From the NCBI RefSeq assembly GCF_006345805.1, contig NC_043010.1:28830001-28894000 (forward strand): DNA of 64,000 bases, given 5' to 3'. Shown here piece by piece: positions 50,018-62,514 of the stretch. The stretch comes from Octopus sinensis (taxonomy: Eukaryota). Positions within the stretch are counted from its first letter, which is position 1, and every line of letters begins with the position of its first letter. The notes beneath the pieces are model-generated. The model saw only the letters and a program-made list of their open reading frames with translations. It had not been told where the DNA came from and ran no database searches. The translations under genes and the position numbers were made by a program.

Positions 50018-51479
50018 TACCTACTTCCCTACTTGTAAATAATACAAGGAAGGCATTAGCAATAAGCATGGGAAACTAACCAACAGTGTTACTAGCACTG
50101 GTGACAGTGGAATTGACAGTAACATCACCACTCATAGCTGAGAGGTTTATGGAGAAGTGCAAATGTAAACATACACAGGCACTAGTTTCCTTAGATTCCA
50201 CTGTTTTATATCTGTGTGCGTGTGTCCTTGTCTACACATGATATGATTGTTGTAAATGAGTATCATTGTCATACAAAGACTGTCATTCTGACATGCTGCC
50301 ATGTCTGGCCATGGGAAAATATTACCTTGCTGGGAAACAGATGAGTGTTGGAGACAGGAAGGGCATCCAGCCATAGAAAATTTGCCTCAACAAATTCTGT
50401 CTGAACTCTGCAAACATAGAAATGGTTTTAAACTGTTTAAATATGTCCAACCTTGTGGTGAAGAATGAAGAACTATATGTGGGGAGGTCAATTCTGACTT
50501 GTCTTCTTGTAAAGAGGTGGCAGTGGTGTGGGGGAAGGGCAAAAATTTCATTTTTTTTTCATGTGTATGTGATGAGTTGGCTGGTATTTATAAGTAGAGA
50601 ACAATAACAATATTAGTGAACAACCAATGAACAATGATACCAACAAACACTAGTGAAGAACAATAATACTAATTATTTCTAACAGGTACATAGCCTCAAA
50701 TTTGGAGCTGGGAGTTAGTCAATAAAGTCAATTCCAATACTTAGCTGGTATTTTATTTCATTTCCTCAACCTTGAAGTGATGAAAGACAACAACAGCAAT
50801 ACTGTTTCTTTCTACTATGAATACATGATCTGATATTTTGGGGAAGGAGCTAGTCAATTACATCAACCCCAGTGCTCAACTGGTACTAATTTTACTGACC
50901 CCAAACAGATGAAAAATGAAGTTGACCTGAATTTTTTTTTAGGTGGGTAAGTCAATTACATTGACCTCAATACTTGACAGTTACTTACTTCAACCTTGAA
51001 AGGATGAAGGGGAAAGTTGACCTAAGTGAAATTTGAACTTAGAACATCAAGACAGACAAAATGCTTAGCAGCATTTTGTCCAATGGACTAATAATTCTGT
51101 CAGCTGACTACCTTAATAATAATACATAAACCTGAGCTGAACAGAGATATAGACATCTATTAATGTATGAAAAAATTAGTTGCATAATATTGCCAAAAAC
51201 CAAGATGAAATTTACCAGAAACCTGTCAAAAACAATTAAGTGAACAAAAAAAACTAGCAATACATCATTTATTTTACACATTACCCTTTATCACATGTAA
51301 TTAGTGTTTGAAATACCACATACTTAAACATGAAACCACAGTACAAAACATTAGGACAAAAACTGATGAGAATACAACCAAACTACTGACACAGGCCAAA
51401 TCAAGCAATATATAAATCTGGTAAATATACCATATTTTGCACATCTCATTATAAACACAAAATGCCTTCTGCACATAAA

Positions 51480-53165
51480 ATATAAACACAAATGAAAGCA
51501 TAGCATTATATTATATCAGCAAGGCAGCAAACCAGCAGGATCATTAGAATGTTGGACAAAATTCTTAGTGATATTTCTTACAACAATGAGATAACACAGC
51601 TGGTTATATCAACATAGCACTGAGGGTACTCTAGACCCAAATGATATAGAGGAGGAATCCATAGAAAGAAACAATGTAGAAATAAATAATGAAAAAGGTG
51701 CAGTTATTTGTGAGCTAAGCAAAATCAAATACTCTGATATGCAAGACAGAGAGAGCCTACTGAAAATCCAAAGCTTACATTGGAATTAAAAAAAAACATA
51801 TCAAAATAAATTATGCTGCCTTGAAAATACTGTTAAATGAAATCAATAATGACATAACAAAATATAAATCAGGCTAACTATGCCACAACATCTGCAGCAT
51901 ATAAAGAATTAAGATCTAAGATTAAGAAAAGTAAACTTGTCAAGCACAAGGTGCCAATGTGGAAGGTTAAGATCCAAAAAGAAACAGATGCTTTAAGAGG
52001 AGAATTCCCCATTCTGGATGAATTGGCAATAGGTTTTTGTCATTAACTCAAAAAATAAACAAATATATAAATCTCAAAACAATCATGAAATACTTAGTTT
52101 TAAGGAAGCATTCAAGCAAAAGCAGAAATGCAACTAAAGGCATAAAGAATATGTAGATTTGAAGAATGTACAAAATTCTACAAGCAAAATAAGATATTTG
52201 AGACTGACATGAAGAAGTGTTATAGGGAGACAAGAAAAACAAAGAAAGAGGGTTAAAACTCCTCCCTCAATTAACAAAGTTCACAAATTTTGGGAAAAAA
52301 TATGGAATGAATCAAAATAGCAGAACCAGACAGTGGAATGGATAGAAAGAGAGAAAAAAGAAAGGAAAATATTCAACAACAGATATGGAAGGACATTTAT
52401 GTGAAAGGCATAAAAATAGTTCTTAGAAAAGCTCAAAACTGGAAGTCCCCAGGAATAGATAAAATTTCAAACATCTGGCTCACTAATCTTGCAGCATAAC
52501 ATAAACCATTAGCTAAGTCTTTTTCTTATTTAATGAAAAAGCCTTCTGAAACTCTTTTGTGGTTAGCAGAAGGCTGAAGTTTTCTTCATCCCAAATCTGA
52601 TGAAACTCATTGCCCAAAGAACTATAGGCCTATCACTTGTCTATCCAGTTGACATATCCATCATAACAGAACAAATGTACAATTCTAGTCAAAAAATTGT
52701 ATCCTCTTAAACAGAAGGACTGTAAAAGAAGCTCACATGGCTGCAAAGATCAACTTCTCAACTAAATGATTCTTGAAAACTGTCATGATGGATAATTAAA
52801 ACTAAGCATTGTATAGATAGACTATTGAAAGGCCTTTGATAGTGTACTTCACTCTAGAATTATCTAGGCATTAGAAATATAGAGTCCTGTAATTTCAAAA
52901 TTTCTGGAGCACAACAAAACCCTATGGAACACAATGCTTCTGCTCAACCACAGTAAAGAGAGATATAAATAAAAAAGAATAAAAATTAACTGTGATAATT
53001 TTCAAGGGAATTCTCTTTCTTCCCTTCTGTTTATGCCTCATTCCTTTGTATATTGAGCTCCACAGTACTCAATTAGGATATTTAATCCAAAACAAGACAA
53101 TTAATCACCTTTTCTACATAGTCAACTCAAAATTATATGCTAAAGATGACAGCTACAAGGTCTTA
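51480..53165 (+). mobile_element. R4/Dong-clade non-LTR retrotransposon, degenerate
   Basis: NWKSPGIDKI, NYRPITCL, QKDCKRSSHGCKDQL, DY*KAFDSV, INHLFY..KLYAKDD motifs with many stops. Confidence 0.85.
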
Positions 53166-53169
53166 TCAC

Positions 53170-53850
53170 ACCATGCTTGCCACACTTATCCACCTTCCAA
53201 CAAAATAGTTAGAAGGCAACACCTCCCTCTCCACCCTTATTTTCCTCTTCAAGTGAAACTTGAAGAAGCTGATGAGGGATTGGCCAAAAAGGAAAGTGTT
53301 TGTCTTCATCCCTTTCAATCTCATCCATTATACAACCACTTTCACCAAGGCTACCAGGCATATAAAATCTGCTTGCCTTTCCCAGTTTAAAGGTGGCAGG
53401 GTGATCTTCACAAAGGGCTCAGTTGACAGCTGGAGCCATCTTACTTGTGACAGCAAGTGTTTGACATAAACTCACAGGTCATCAATGCTTAGGCACTGGA
53501 TGAGTATATGCAGGATGATTTTGTTGCTTTGCATGCATCTCAGACATGCTTGGCTGATGGCACTTCTATGCCTGTAGAGTTTCTCTCAAACTGGCAATGC
53601 TTCCTTGTAGCACTGCCAGGCCAGGGATTTCAGGAAGTTATCCAATGGTCCTGGGCTGAAAATTCCCTAGAAGAGAGCGATAGCTGATTGTCTTCAATGC
53701 CAAGGATCTCCCTAAGAACATCACTTTTACCCACCATTAATTCCCCATAAAACATTAAAATGGATTTTCTACCAATCACGATCTCCAACAAGCAGAAGGC
53801 TGTAAGTGCTTGAAAACATTCCAAGTGCTCTCTCTCTCTCAGTCTCTGCT
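53170..53850 (-). mobile_element. L1/Tx1-like LINE 3' remnant (zf-RVT region)
   Basis: FLKSLAWQCYKEALPV*EKLYRH...CLRCMQSNK..LHILIQC. Confidence 0.7.
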
Positions 53851-54039
53851 TGACTCAGGACTGTAGTTCCATCAAAGAGATAAGCTGGGGGAACACATGT
53901 CTATAATAATAGTAATACTATTTTTTAATAAGAATTGACAAAAGATCTAGGACAGTAGAGGATGATACAGAGTGGGATGACATAAAGAGAAATTATAGAG
54001 CTTTCACCACCTAAAAAAATTCAAAGAAAGAAAAGTTCC

Positions 54040-54520
54040 CCTAAAGGAGAGTACTTGTGGAACCCCTACAAAAGCTATGCCCTGAACACTAAAGCAAGTG
54101 CCTTTTGGTGCATGCTCAGAGCAGGCCTGATCACTTGGACTATGTTCACCATACTCATTCCCCTTTCAACAAATTTGTTGGGTGGCAATACATGTCTCTC
54201 CACCCTCATTTTCCTTTCCAGGTGAGACTTTAAAATATTTTTGAGGACTTCACCAAAGCAGAAGATGTTTGCCTTCTTCCCTTTTAATCTTGTCCACAAC
54301 TAAACCTCTTTTGCCAAAGCCACCAGATCAAAGGAACATGGTAGGCAGATCTGTCCTGCATATAACAACAGTTGCTGGACACAAGTTAGTAATGCTTGGG
54401 CAGTGGAAAAGCATGTTCAGAACAGTTTTGTTACTCTGGGCACATCTGAAACATGCCCAGCTGGCAGCAGTTCTGTGTCTGTAGATTTTATTTTGAATTA
54501 GAACTGCCTCTACTTCACTT
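54040..54520 (-). mobile_element. Second L1/Tx1-like LINE 3' remnant
   Basis: NKIYRHRTAASWACFRCAQSNKTVLNMLFHCPSI, homologous to the 53.2-53.8 kb copy. Confidence 0.7.
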
Positions 54521-54559
54521 TGGTGGTACTGCAAGTGAAGGGTTTCTGCAAATTGTCCA

Positions 54560-54650
54560 ATAATAATAATAATATATTCTACCAGCTTGATGCTGTCAAT
54601 AACAATAATAATAATAATAATAATAATAACAATAATAATAATAATAATGA
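54560..54650. repeat. (AAT)n microsatellite
   Basis: Direct reading. Confidence 0.9.
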
Positions 54651-55224
54651 TAATCCTTTCTACTATAGGCACAAGGCCTGAAACTTTGGGGAAGGGGTTA
54701 GTTGATTACATCGACCCCAGTGTTTCACTGGTACTAATTTCATTGATCCCAAAAGAATGAAAGGCAAAGTCAAACTTGGCAGAATTTTAACTCAGAGCAC
54801 AGTGATGGGCGAAATACTGCTAAGCATTTCACCTGATGTGCTAATGATTTTCCCAGCTCACCACCTTATCAATAATAATAATATGCAGTACCAGGCACTG
54901 GTTCTCATGGCTTGTTTTGTTATAAAAGATGGGCTTGCCAGTTGTTTGACCATAACTAGTTGAACATATCCCTTGGTGGCTGACGATATGTGCATCTCTG
55001 ATCACAAGCAGTAGTGGGGGTGCATCATAGCCATATGTTGAGAGGAATCCTTTGGGGTTTGAATAATTCACCTTTGGAATCGACCCCTATCTTTCATTGG
55101 AGGTTAATTTAACGACCCCAAAGGGATGAAAGACAAACCCGACCTTGGCAGAATTTGAATGTAGTGACAGGCAAAATACTGCTAAGCATTTCATCCAGTG
55201 TGCTAACGATTCCTCCAGCTCATT

Positions 55225-55278
55225 GCCTTAATAATAATAATAATAATAATAATAATATAATAATAATAATAATCATAA

Positions 55279-55357
<79 letters not shown>

Positions 55358-55376
55358 GTAATAATAATAATAATAC
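55225..55376. repeat. (AAT)n microsatellite
   Basis: Direct reading. Confidence 0.95.
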
Positions 55377-55703
55377 AATGAAGGAGCAAGTTGGATCAAC
55401 AGAAAAATGAAAGGATGAAAGATGTGAAACAATGAGTAGAGGTTAAAGTGGCAGAGCTAAGGTAGGTCCTTAGCAACACATGCAAATGGAAGTAGCCATG
55501 AGTAGATCAAATACTATATTATTGGTTAAATACACTTAAAGGAATGCACTATGTACTAGCAAGGAAATAAATTCACTGATACAAAGTTCTGAGTAAGTCC
55601 CCAATTGGTTGATAGAAGACACAACAGAACACCAACTGAAAATACCAGGAACCAAAAAAACTGAAGAGCTACAGACCTATTACATTCCTTACCAAGACTC
55701 AAA

Positions 55704-55804
55704 AAATTTTAACTTCAATGCTTATTAAAAGAATATACACCTAATTTGAAGTAAATTTTAACTTCAATGCTTATTAAAAGAATATACACCTAATTTGAAG
55801 TAAA
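55704..55804. repeat. Perfect 49-bp tandem duplication
   Basis: AAATTTTAACTTCAATGCTTATTAAAAGAATATACACCTAATTTGAAGT x2. Confidence 0.95.
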
Positions 55805-55846
55805 CACCATCATTCCACAAGTACAGAATGAAGGTAAACGGAACTC
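55790..55846 (-). CDS. Candidate exon (GVPFTFILYLWNDGVYFKL), phase 1 to 1
   Basis: Acceptor GTCTTTACATCCACAG|, donor TAG|GTGTAT, one open frame; may instead be a UTR exon ending at donor 55693. Confidence 0.35.
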   Translation of the reverse strand, partial: EFRLPSFCTCGMMVFTSN

Positions 55847-56199
55847 CTGTGGATGTAAAGACTAACTGATGATCAACAAAATAATACTAGAAAAAACTGT
55901 TATACACAGAATAAGAACTTAAGTACTGCATGGATCAATTACTGGAAAGCTTTCAATAGTTTTTGCCATGAGTGGATATTGAAAGTCCTAGAAACATACA
56001 TCTTTCTAGTAATCTCTTTCTTCAACATGGTATGACAAAATGGACATCTCTAATTTTAATCCATGATAACAGGTATACAATCAAGCAAAAGTTGATGAGT
56101 TGTAGTGCACCTGAGCACTGTACACAATTATTATTATTATTATTATTATTATTAAAACCAAAATAAACTGTGAAATTTTCTAAGCTGACTCTATTTCAC

Positions 56200-56240
56200 C
56201 TCTCATGTTCTGTATGGCACTCTTCTCACTTTCTAGTGAA
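56200..56240 (-). CDS. Candidate exon (SLESEKSAIQNMR), phase 2 to 1
   Basis: Acceptor TCTGTGTTATTCAG|, donor GAG|GTGAAA. Confidence 0.3.
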
Positions 56241-56284
56241 CTGAATAACACAGAGTATGGATACAAACTAACAACAACAACAAC

Positions 56285-56490
56285 AGAAAAATCAATCACT
56301 TATTCTTTATGGGTGACCTGAAATTATATACTATGAATGACCAGGAATCAGAGGAACTTTTAAAAATGGTAAAGCAGTTTATCATTAACACTATAGGAAT
56401 GAAATTTAGGCTTGATAAGTGAGCAAAAACAATTTTTAAGACAGGAAAGCCCACTGCAATGCTATCCATCAAAATTGAGCAAGAAATCAC
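56285..56490 (+). mobile_element. R4/Dong RT fragment
   Basis: INHLFFMGDLKLYTMND...GMKFRLDK*AK. Confidence 0.75.
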
Positions 56491-57292
56491 TTGACAACAA
56501 CTAGATCTTGCTGCCGTCAGAACAGGTATAAATAATGCAAAGTGTTTTATCTAATGGGCAATGATCTTTTTTATTGGCTACAAGAGCTTCAGATATTATG
56601 ACAGCAAGATGTGAAACAACAGAGTGGGGGGAGTCATCGTCGTCATCATCATCATCATTATCATCATCGTTTAACGTCTGCTTTTCATGCTGGATGGGTT
56701 GGATGGTTTGACTGAAGACTGGCAAGCCAGGAGGCTGCACCAGGCTCCAATCTAATTTGGCAAGGTTTACAGCTGGATGCCCTTCCTAATGCCAACCACT
56801 CCGAGAGAGTAGTGGGTGCTTTTCATATACCACTGGCATGGGTGTCAGTCAGGCAGCACTCGCATCGGCCATGCTTGAATGGTGCCTTTTACCTGCCGGT
56901 GGCATGGGTGCCAGTCAGGCGGCACTGGCATTGGCCATGACTATGATTTCACTTGGTTCAACAGGTCTTAACAAACACAGCATACTGCCCAATGATTGAA
57001 TGGTGCTTTTAAACAGGCCAGTTATGTGACACTGGCATCAACCATGACAATGATACCACTTGGCTTGCTGGGTCTTCTCAAGCAATTTACTATAAGTTTT
57101 ACTCCAATTTCTTGCAAATTTAAATATTCACTGCTTCCAATTCATCACTAATTTAAATATTCATTGCATTCACTGCAGAGTATTCCATTTTCATTTGCAA
57201 AGTCCTTCACTTAATCTTTTAAGTTTTAATTTGCTATTAATATATATTTAATGTAAAAACATTAATTACTGATTGAAAATTTTAAAAAATAC

Positions 57293-57350
57293 CTGAGTAA
57301 TTTTTTAATGCAGGATAGCTGCGAGAAGAACTCAGAAAGTTGGGGATTTA
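57293..57350 (-). CDS. Candidate exon (NPQLSEFFSQLSCIKKLL), phase 1 to 2
   Basis: Strong acceptor T10GTCCTCGTCTTCTAATAG| and donor CAG|GTATTT; an overlapping plus-strand exon reading is also possible. Confidence 0.35.
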
Positions 57351-57792
57351 CTATTAGAAGACGAGGACAAAAAAAAAAGTTACCGACAAGTACCTTAAAC
57401 CTTATACATAGTTTCCAAACACAGCTTTAACAGTGACACACACATATACCAAACACACTTGCTCACACACATAGATATACATACACACAAATGAAAGGCA
57501 ATGAATATGTGTGTGTGTGTGTGTGTGCATGTGCATGTGTGTGTGTGCTATTCATTGACAAAACTTCATGCTGCATCACTTTTGTGAAGTTTTGCCAGTG
57601 AACAGGTTGCAGTTCACTGACAAATATTTTGACACAAGCGAAGTTTTAATGTTGAAGTGAAACAAATGGTATTTGTGTGTTCTTGAATGGTTTACAAACA
57701 TCTTCCATGCTGCAATTGTTTTTGTTTCAGCACACAATCTTAGATCAAGTCACTTGCTATGCAAGTACATCTCTATAATTTTTTAAAATTAC

Positions 57793-57840
57793 TATGGATA
57801 AATGCAAGCAATGACCTCAGGTTCTCCAATATTTTAATTT
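57793..57840 (-). CDS. Candidate exon (IKILENLRSLLAFIH), phase 1 to 1
   Basis: Acceptor TTGTTTCTGTTTAG|, weaker donor ATA|GTAATT. Confidence 0.3.
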
Positions 57841-58029
57841 CTAAACAGAAACAATTGGGGGGCAGGGAGTCTGGTTGCAAAAGATTCATAATTTCTCAAA
57901 TTTTCTTTTTTATAGCATATAAATGTATTTATAGGGAAAGATATTGAAAAACATCAATACATGCGAAAGTGAAGAAGTGAGGAGGGTTGTCTTTGGACGT
58001 GCTAGAAACAACAGCCAAGTCACCCTTAA

Positions 58030-58246
58030 CCCTTTCGTTACCAACCCAACTGAAACTGGCTCTGGCTCTGAGTATAAATGTCTTGTTTTCATAAGTTTTG
58101 AATTAAAATCTTCCACCAAACCTTAGTCACAATTTATGTTCCTAACACTAGCTGAATGATATCTGAGTTATTTTACTAAATTCTTTGTTATATTTAAAGT
58201 AATTGAAAGAAACAGAGCATCTCAAAATAATACGGTAAAGAAAGGG
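58030..58246. mobile_element. piggyBac-type MITE
   Basis: TTAA|CCCTTTCGTTACC...GGTAAAGAAAGGG|TTAA. Confidence 0.85.
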
Positions 58247-58557
58247 TTAAATCACTTTTCCTTCTGAAAATATTATTTTTTTTTACTGAAAATGCTCTTC
58301 TCATGGTTTTGAAGTGCAGAAAAAAAAATAAAATTGGTCAAAATAGGTCCGAAGTGGGATGAAGGAGTCGGGTGTAAAAAAATGAGTTTTCAAAACTTCT
58401 TTCATACAAAGATCCCTCCTCAACCCCAACCATATCATTTCAAAGGCTGTACTTGCTTATTGTGTTGGTCTGGAAGGAGTGTACTTGCTTATTGTGTTGG
58501 TCTGGAGGGAGTGACTAGTGAGTTTCAGATTTTGGTGAGTATATATTGTAATTAGAC

Positions 58558-58700
58558 GATAATTTATTTTCGAATGCAGCGATGCCATTAGAATAGCAGA
58601 AACATTAGGTAAATTACCCTTACAAAGTGGAAAAATTTGTCAGCAAACAGTCATGTTTCTGCTGTTCTAACAGTGTATCTGCGTTTGAAAATAAATTATC
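58558..58700. mobile_element. Short foldback element/MITE
   Basis: GATAATTTATTTTCGAATGCAG / CTGCGTTTGAAAATAAATTATC and TTAGAATAGCAGAAACAT / ATGTTTCTGCTGTTCTAA arms. Confidence 0.65.
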
Positions 58701-59019
58701 TTATTTGTATCTATATACACATTTCGGCACTTATAAAAAACATGTTAAGTTTGTTTATATTTATGTACTCTAATTAGGTTTAAAATAAACATAATAGTTA
58801 GGTCAGCAGTGACTAAACCATCAAACCCACCAAGTATGCTTAGCAAGGAGGGTACCCTGGTGGATGAACTCGTTTGAGTCAATGGCCATCCAACAAAGTG
58901 TATATGAGGGCAGGTATGAACTCTCTGAGCTTTAGTTGGCTACCCACCTAGTGATGGTGTCATGATAAAAATACTGGTGATTGCACAACCTTATAAATGC
59001 TACCTCAAAATGAGTGATG

Positions 59020-62000
59020 TCATATTCAAGTAATAATCATAACTAGAACTGTGAAAAGAGAAGTTGTCATGCATGACAGGCAAGGAGTGTCTGATCAAGC
59101 ACCAGCAAATTGTCATCAAACCATTTATCAGAATCAAAGTTTAAAATGCAGTGGGAGAAAAATGAAATGGGGGAAAAGAGGCAATCAAGATTGTGATTGA
59201 ATGTTGGATGAGAAGTGAACCAAATAAATGAGGTTTCATGAAATGAATGAAGAGAATATGGACTAAAAAGGGAGTCTTTGAAGCTTGTACCCAACAATTG
59301 ATAGACCCAACAATCATAAAGATGATTGAATTACAAGACCGAAAATTTAAGTAATTCAGAGAAAAATAAAAAATGAACAGGAAAAGTGTGAAACAGCAAT
59401 AGCAGAAAGTGGTAATGAAAGGGTAACAAATGAAAAAAAATGAAAAAGAAGGACATCACCTTCATAGTGAATTTGATTTAGCTAGACAAATGGCAATAAA
59501 TGTTACATAAAAATTAACCAATGAAGAGAAGACAATTCTAGAAATGCTGTGAGGTAAAATGTGTGGCGTGAACAATGAAGTGCCATCAAATATAAGGTAT
59601 ATGGGCAGAGGAAAAGTAAGGAGAGCTACAGACAAAGTAAGTGGCGTTTTGATCTTGGTTAAAACAGAGAACATTAGTGAAACAAACCAGCAAATCATAA
59701 CTGCAGCTAATGCTGTAGCTGACATAATAGGATGCAAGTGGAAGACTGTTGTCGAAAACAGAACTAAACTGGAGGAAAAGAATACAAATGAAGTTGGAAA
59801 AGATACAGAAAGAACTAGGGCAATTGAATAGGATAATGAGAAGAGAACTCAAGGATAAGATAGCAGTCAGAAAACTGAATGGACAGAACAGGTTAGAAGA
59901 AAGGGGAAAGCAAACTGTACAAAGGGTCACAGCATTGAAGGACAAATTAAAATGAATGATGCCAGATGCAAAGGTTTTGAACAGAATAGATTGTTTCTAT
60001 CAGATAGGTGTCTTTTTTGAAGAAATAGAGTGGGGAACAACATCAGGAAGTGATTTCAGATGTGAAAGAAAAAGTATTCTAAGGAGAACTTTGAAACAGG
60101 CCAGTGAGACAGAGAGAGAAAGTGCAGAGTAGCAAACACAGGTGGAGACAACTTACAACTGCAGCAAGACAAAAAGGACATCAGAATTGATCTATATTCA
60201 GAGAGAGAAGTTAAAAAAAAACCCAGCAAACTGGAAAGGACCTGGCCTGGATGGAGTACAAGGTTACTGGCTGGAGAATTTTCACAATAGCACGAAAGGA
60301 TCACTACACACTTAGATGAATACCTGCAGCATGGACATATCCCCACCTGAATGACAAGTGGATGAATGCTATGTCTCAAGGGCCCCTTGCAAGGTAAATT
60401 GGTATCGAATTTTCAAACTATAACCACTTACATGGAAGCTTATAATCGGTGTCTTAGCAAAAAGTTATATAATCTTCTGGAAAGACACAATCTACTTACA
60501 GCAGAGCAGAAAGGATGCAGGAAGTAAAGTAGGGCAACAAAAGACCACTTATTAGTTGATTAAATGATAATCAGAAATAGTAGATGCAGATTGATTACAA
60601 AAAAGTATGTGACATGGTACCACAGATATGGATAAGTAAAACAATGAGCATGTTTGGAGTGGCAGAAAATATGGAGAAAATGGTTAATGCAAGTATGAAA
60701 CATTGGAATAATGAAAAAAAAAAAAAAGAAGACTTGGGAAAGTGAACATCAGCTATGGTATATTTCAAAGTGATAGCTTATTTCTATTAATATTTGTATT
60801 GGTCGTGATACTGCTCGGTTTGATATTACGAGCAGTTAAAATAGCTTGTGATTTGGGAAAAGGATATGGTCAGATAAATCATCTCCTTTTTATGGATGAC
60901 ATAAAACTCATTTGAAAAATGAGAAACAGCTTGAAAGTCTTGTACATGCTGTTTACATTTTCTCAAATGATGCAGGTATGGAATTCAGGACTGAAAAGTG
61001 TGCTATGTTGACAATGGAACATGGAAGTTTTGAAGGAAGCCAAGGAGTTGAAATGTCAATTGGGCAAACAATGAAAGCAGTCAAGAAAGGACAGTTGTAT
61101 AAGTATTTAGTAACACTGGAAGTAGATGAAATAAAATATGAAGAGATGAAGTAAATTACAAGTAGGGAGTACAAAAAAAAAGTGAAAAAAATATTCCAGT
61201 CAAAGTTGAATTAAAAAATACTATTGAAGCAATAAATGCAAGAACAGTGCTGGTTATCAAGTATGGGGCTAGAATAGTAAGATGGAACAAAAAGCAACAC
61301 ACATAAGCTCAACAGAAAAACTGTTGACTATGTATGGAATCCATGATCTGAAAGCTGATATTAAGCAGCTGTATTTGAAAAGAGACCAGGGTGGAAGAGG
61401 CTAAATTGTTGTGGAACAGTGTGTACAGATGGAAAGGAAAAGCTTACTAGAATATTTACAGAAAAGCACAGAGAAATTGCTAAAGGCAATGAATAAAGAA
61501 GAGGTGATCAAGTGTGGAATAGAAGAAATGGACAAGAAAGAAATTCAAAGATAGTATGTTAAACAGATTAAGAAACCTTTGTATGGTTAGTTTTGGAAAG
61601 TCACTGAGGATGTATGTGGAACAAAAACCGGGGCTTGATTGAATAAAGGGCAATTGAAAAAAGAAACAGAGAGCCTTATTATAGCAGCTCAAGATCAAGT
61701 GATAAAAACAAACAACTTAGAAAATATGAGTATGGGGAGGTGTCAGCAAAATGTAGAGTGTGTGGAATTTGGGATGAAACACTGGCACACATTGTTGCAG
61801 GATATCCCCAACTTCCCTCGGGGATAATATAAAAAATGGGGACATGACCAAATTGTGAAAGTTGCACTGGAAGCTGGAAGCACTTGGTGTGATCAAGTTG
61901 AAAGAGTGCTTGATTCAGAGAAATGCAAGATTTTATGAGATTTTCCAATTCAAATGGAAAACACAGAAAATAATAGACTAGATATAACAATAATAGACAA

Positions 62001-62362
62001 GGAAAAGAAAAGTTGCTTACTAATTAATCGATCGTGTCCATTTGATTCCAGGATTGTGAAAAAAGAAGTTGAAAAATTTGAAATTGCAAGAATTTGGAAT
62101 ATGAAAAATGTAAAGGGCAATAAATGATGCATTAGGAACTGTGAGTAATGATATAGACAAATTGGTTGAAGGAGATTGAAATGGAATACCCTATGGAGCT
62201 TCTACTGAAAGTTTGTCTCATAGGAACAGCAAAGATTATCAGGTTTTGAGCACTTGAAAGATTATTGAAAACTTACGGATATCTAAGGTTACATATAGTA
62301 ATCCACTATCCACACAAATTCTACAAGGGATAAGATGAAACCTGAGTCAAGTTGAATAATAA
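59020..62362 (+). mobile_element. R4/Dong-clade non-LTR retrotransposon, long degenerate copy
   Basis: VKTENISETNQ, AEQKGCRK, LFMDDIKL, LYLKRDQGGRG, IIAAQDQVIKT and DITIIDKEKKSCLLI (RLE) motifs; ends GTTGAATAATAA. Confidence 0.88.
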
Positions 62363-62399
62363 AGAAAATACCTCATTATATATGTTGCAATTCCTTCAG

Positions 62400-62514
62400 C
62401 TTAAAACAATGCAGCCAAGGAAGTAGAAAAGAGGAATGGTTAGATATCAAGACAGATATGCGAATACAGCACAAAATCTGCCTGTCCCCTAGAATAACAG
62501 ATATTCTTAGAAAG
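62400..62514 (+). CDS. Candidate coding exon (LKQCSQGSRKEEWLDIKTDMRIQHKICLSPRITDILRK), phase 2 to 0, unidentified gene
   Basis: Acceptor TTCCTTCAG|, donor AAG|GTACTT, single open frame of 38 codons bounded by the sites. Confidence 0.5.

Noticed and set aside
58448-58511. 32-bp tandem duplication
   Set aside because: Two copies only, no spacer or associated genes; ordinary slippage
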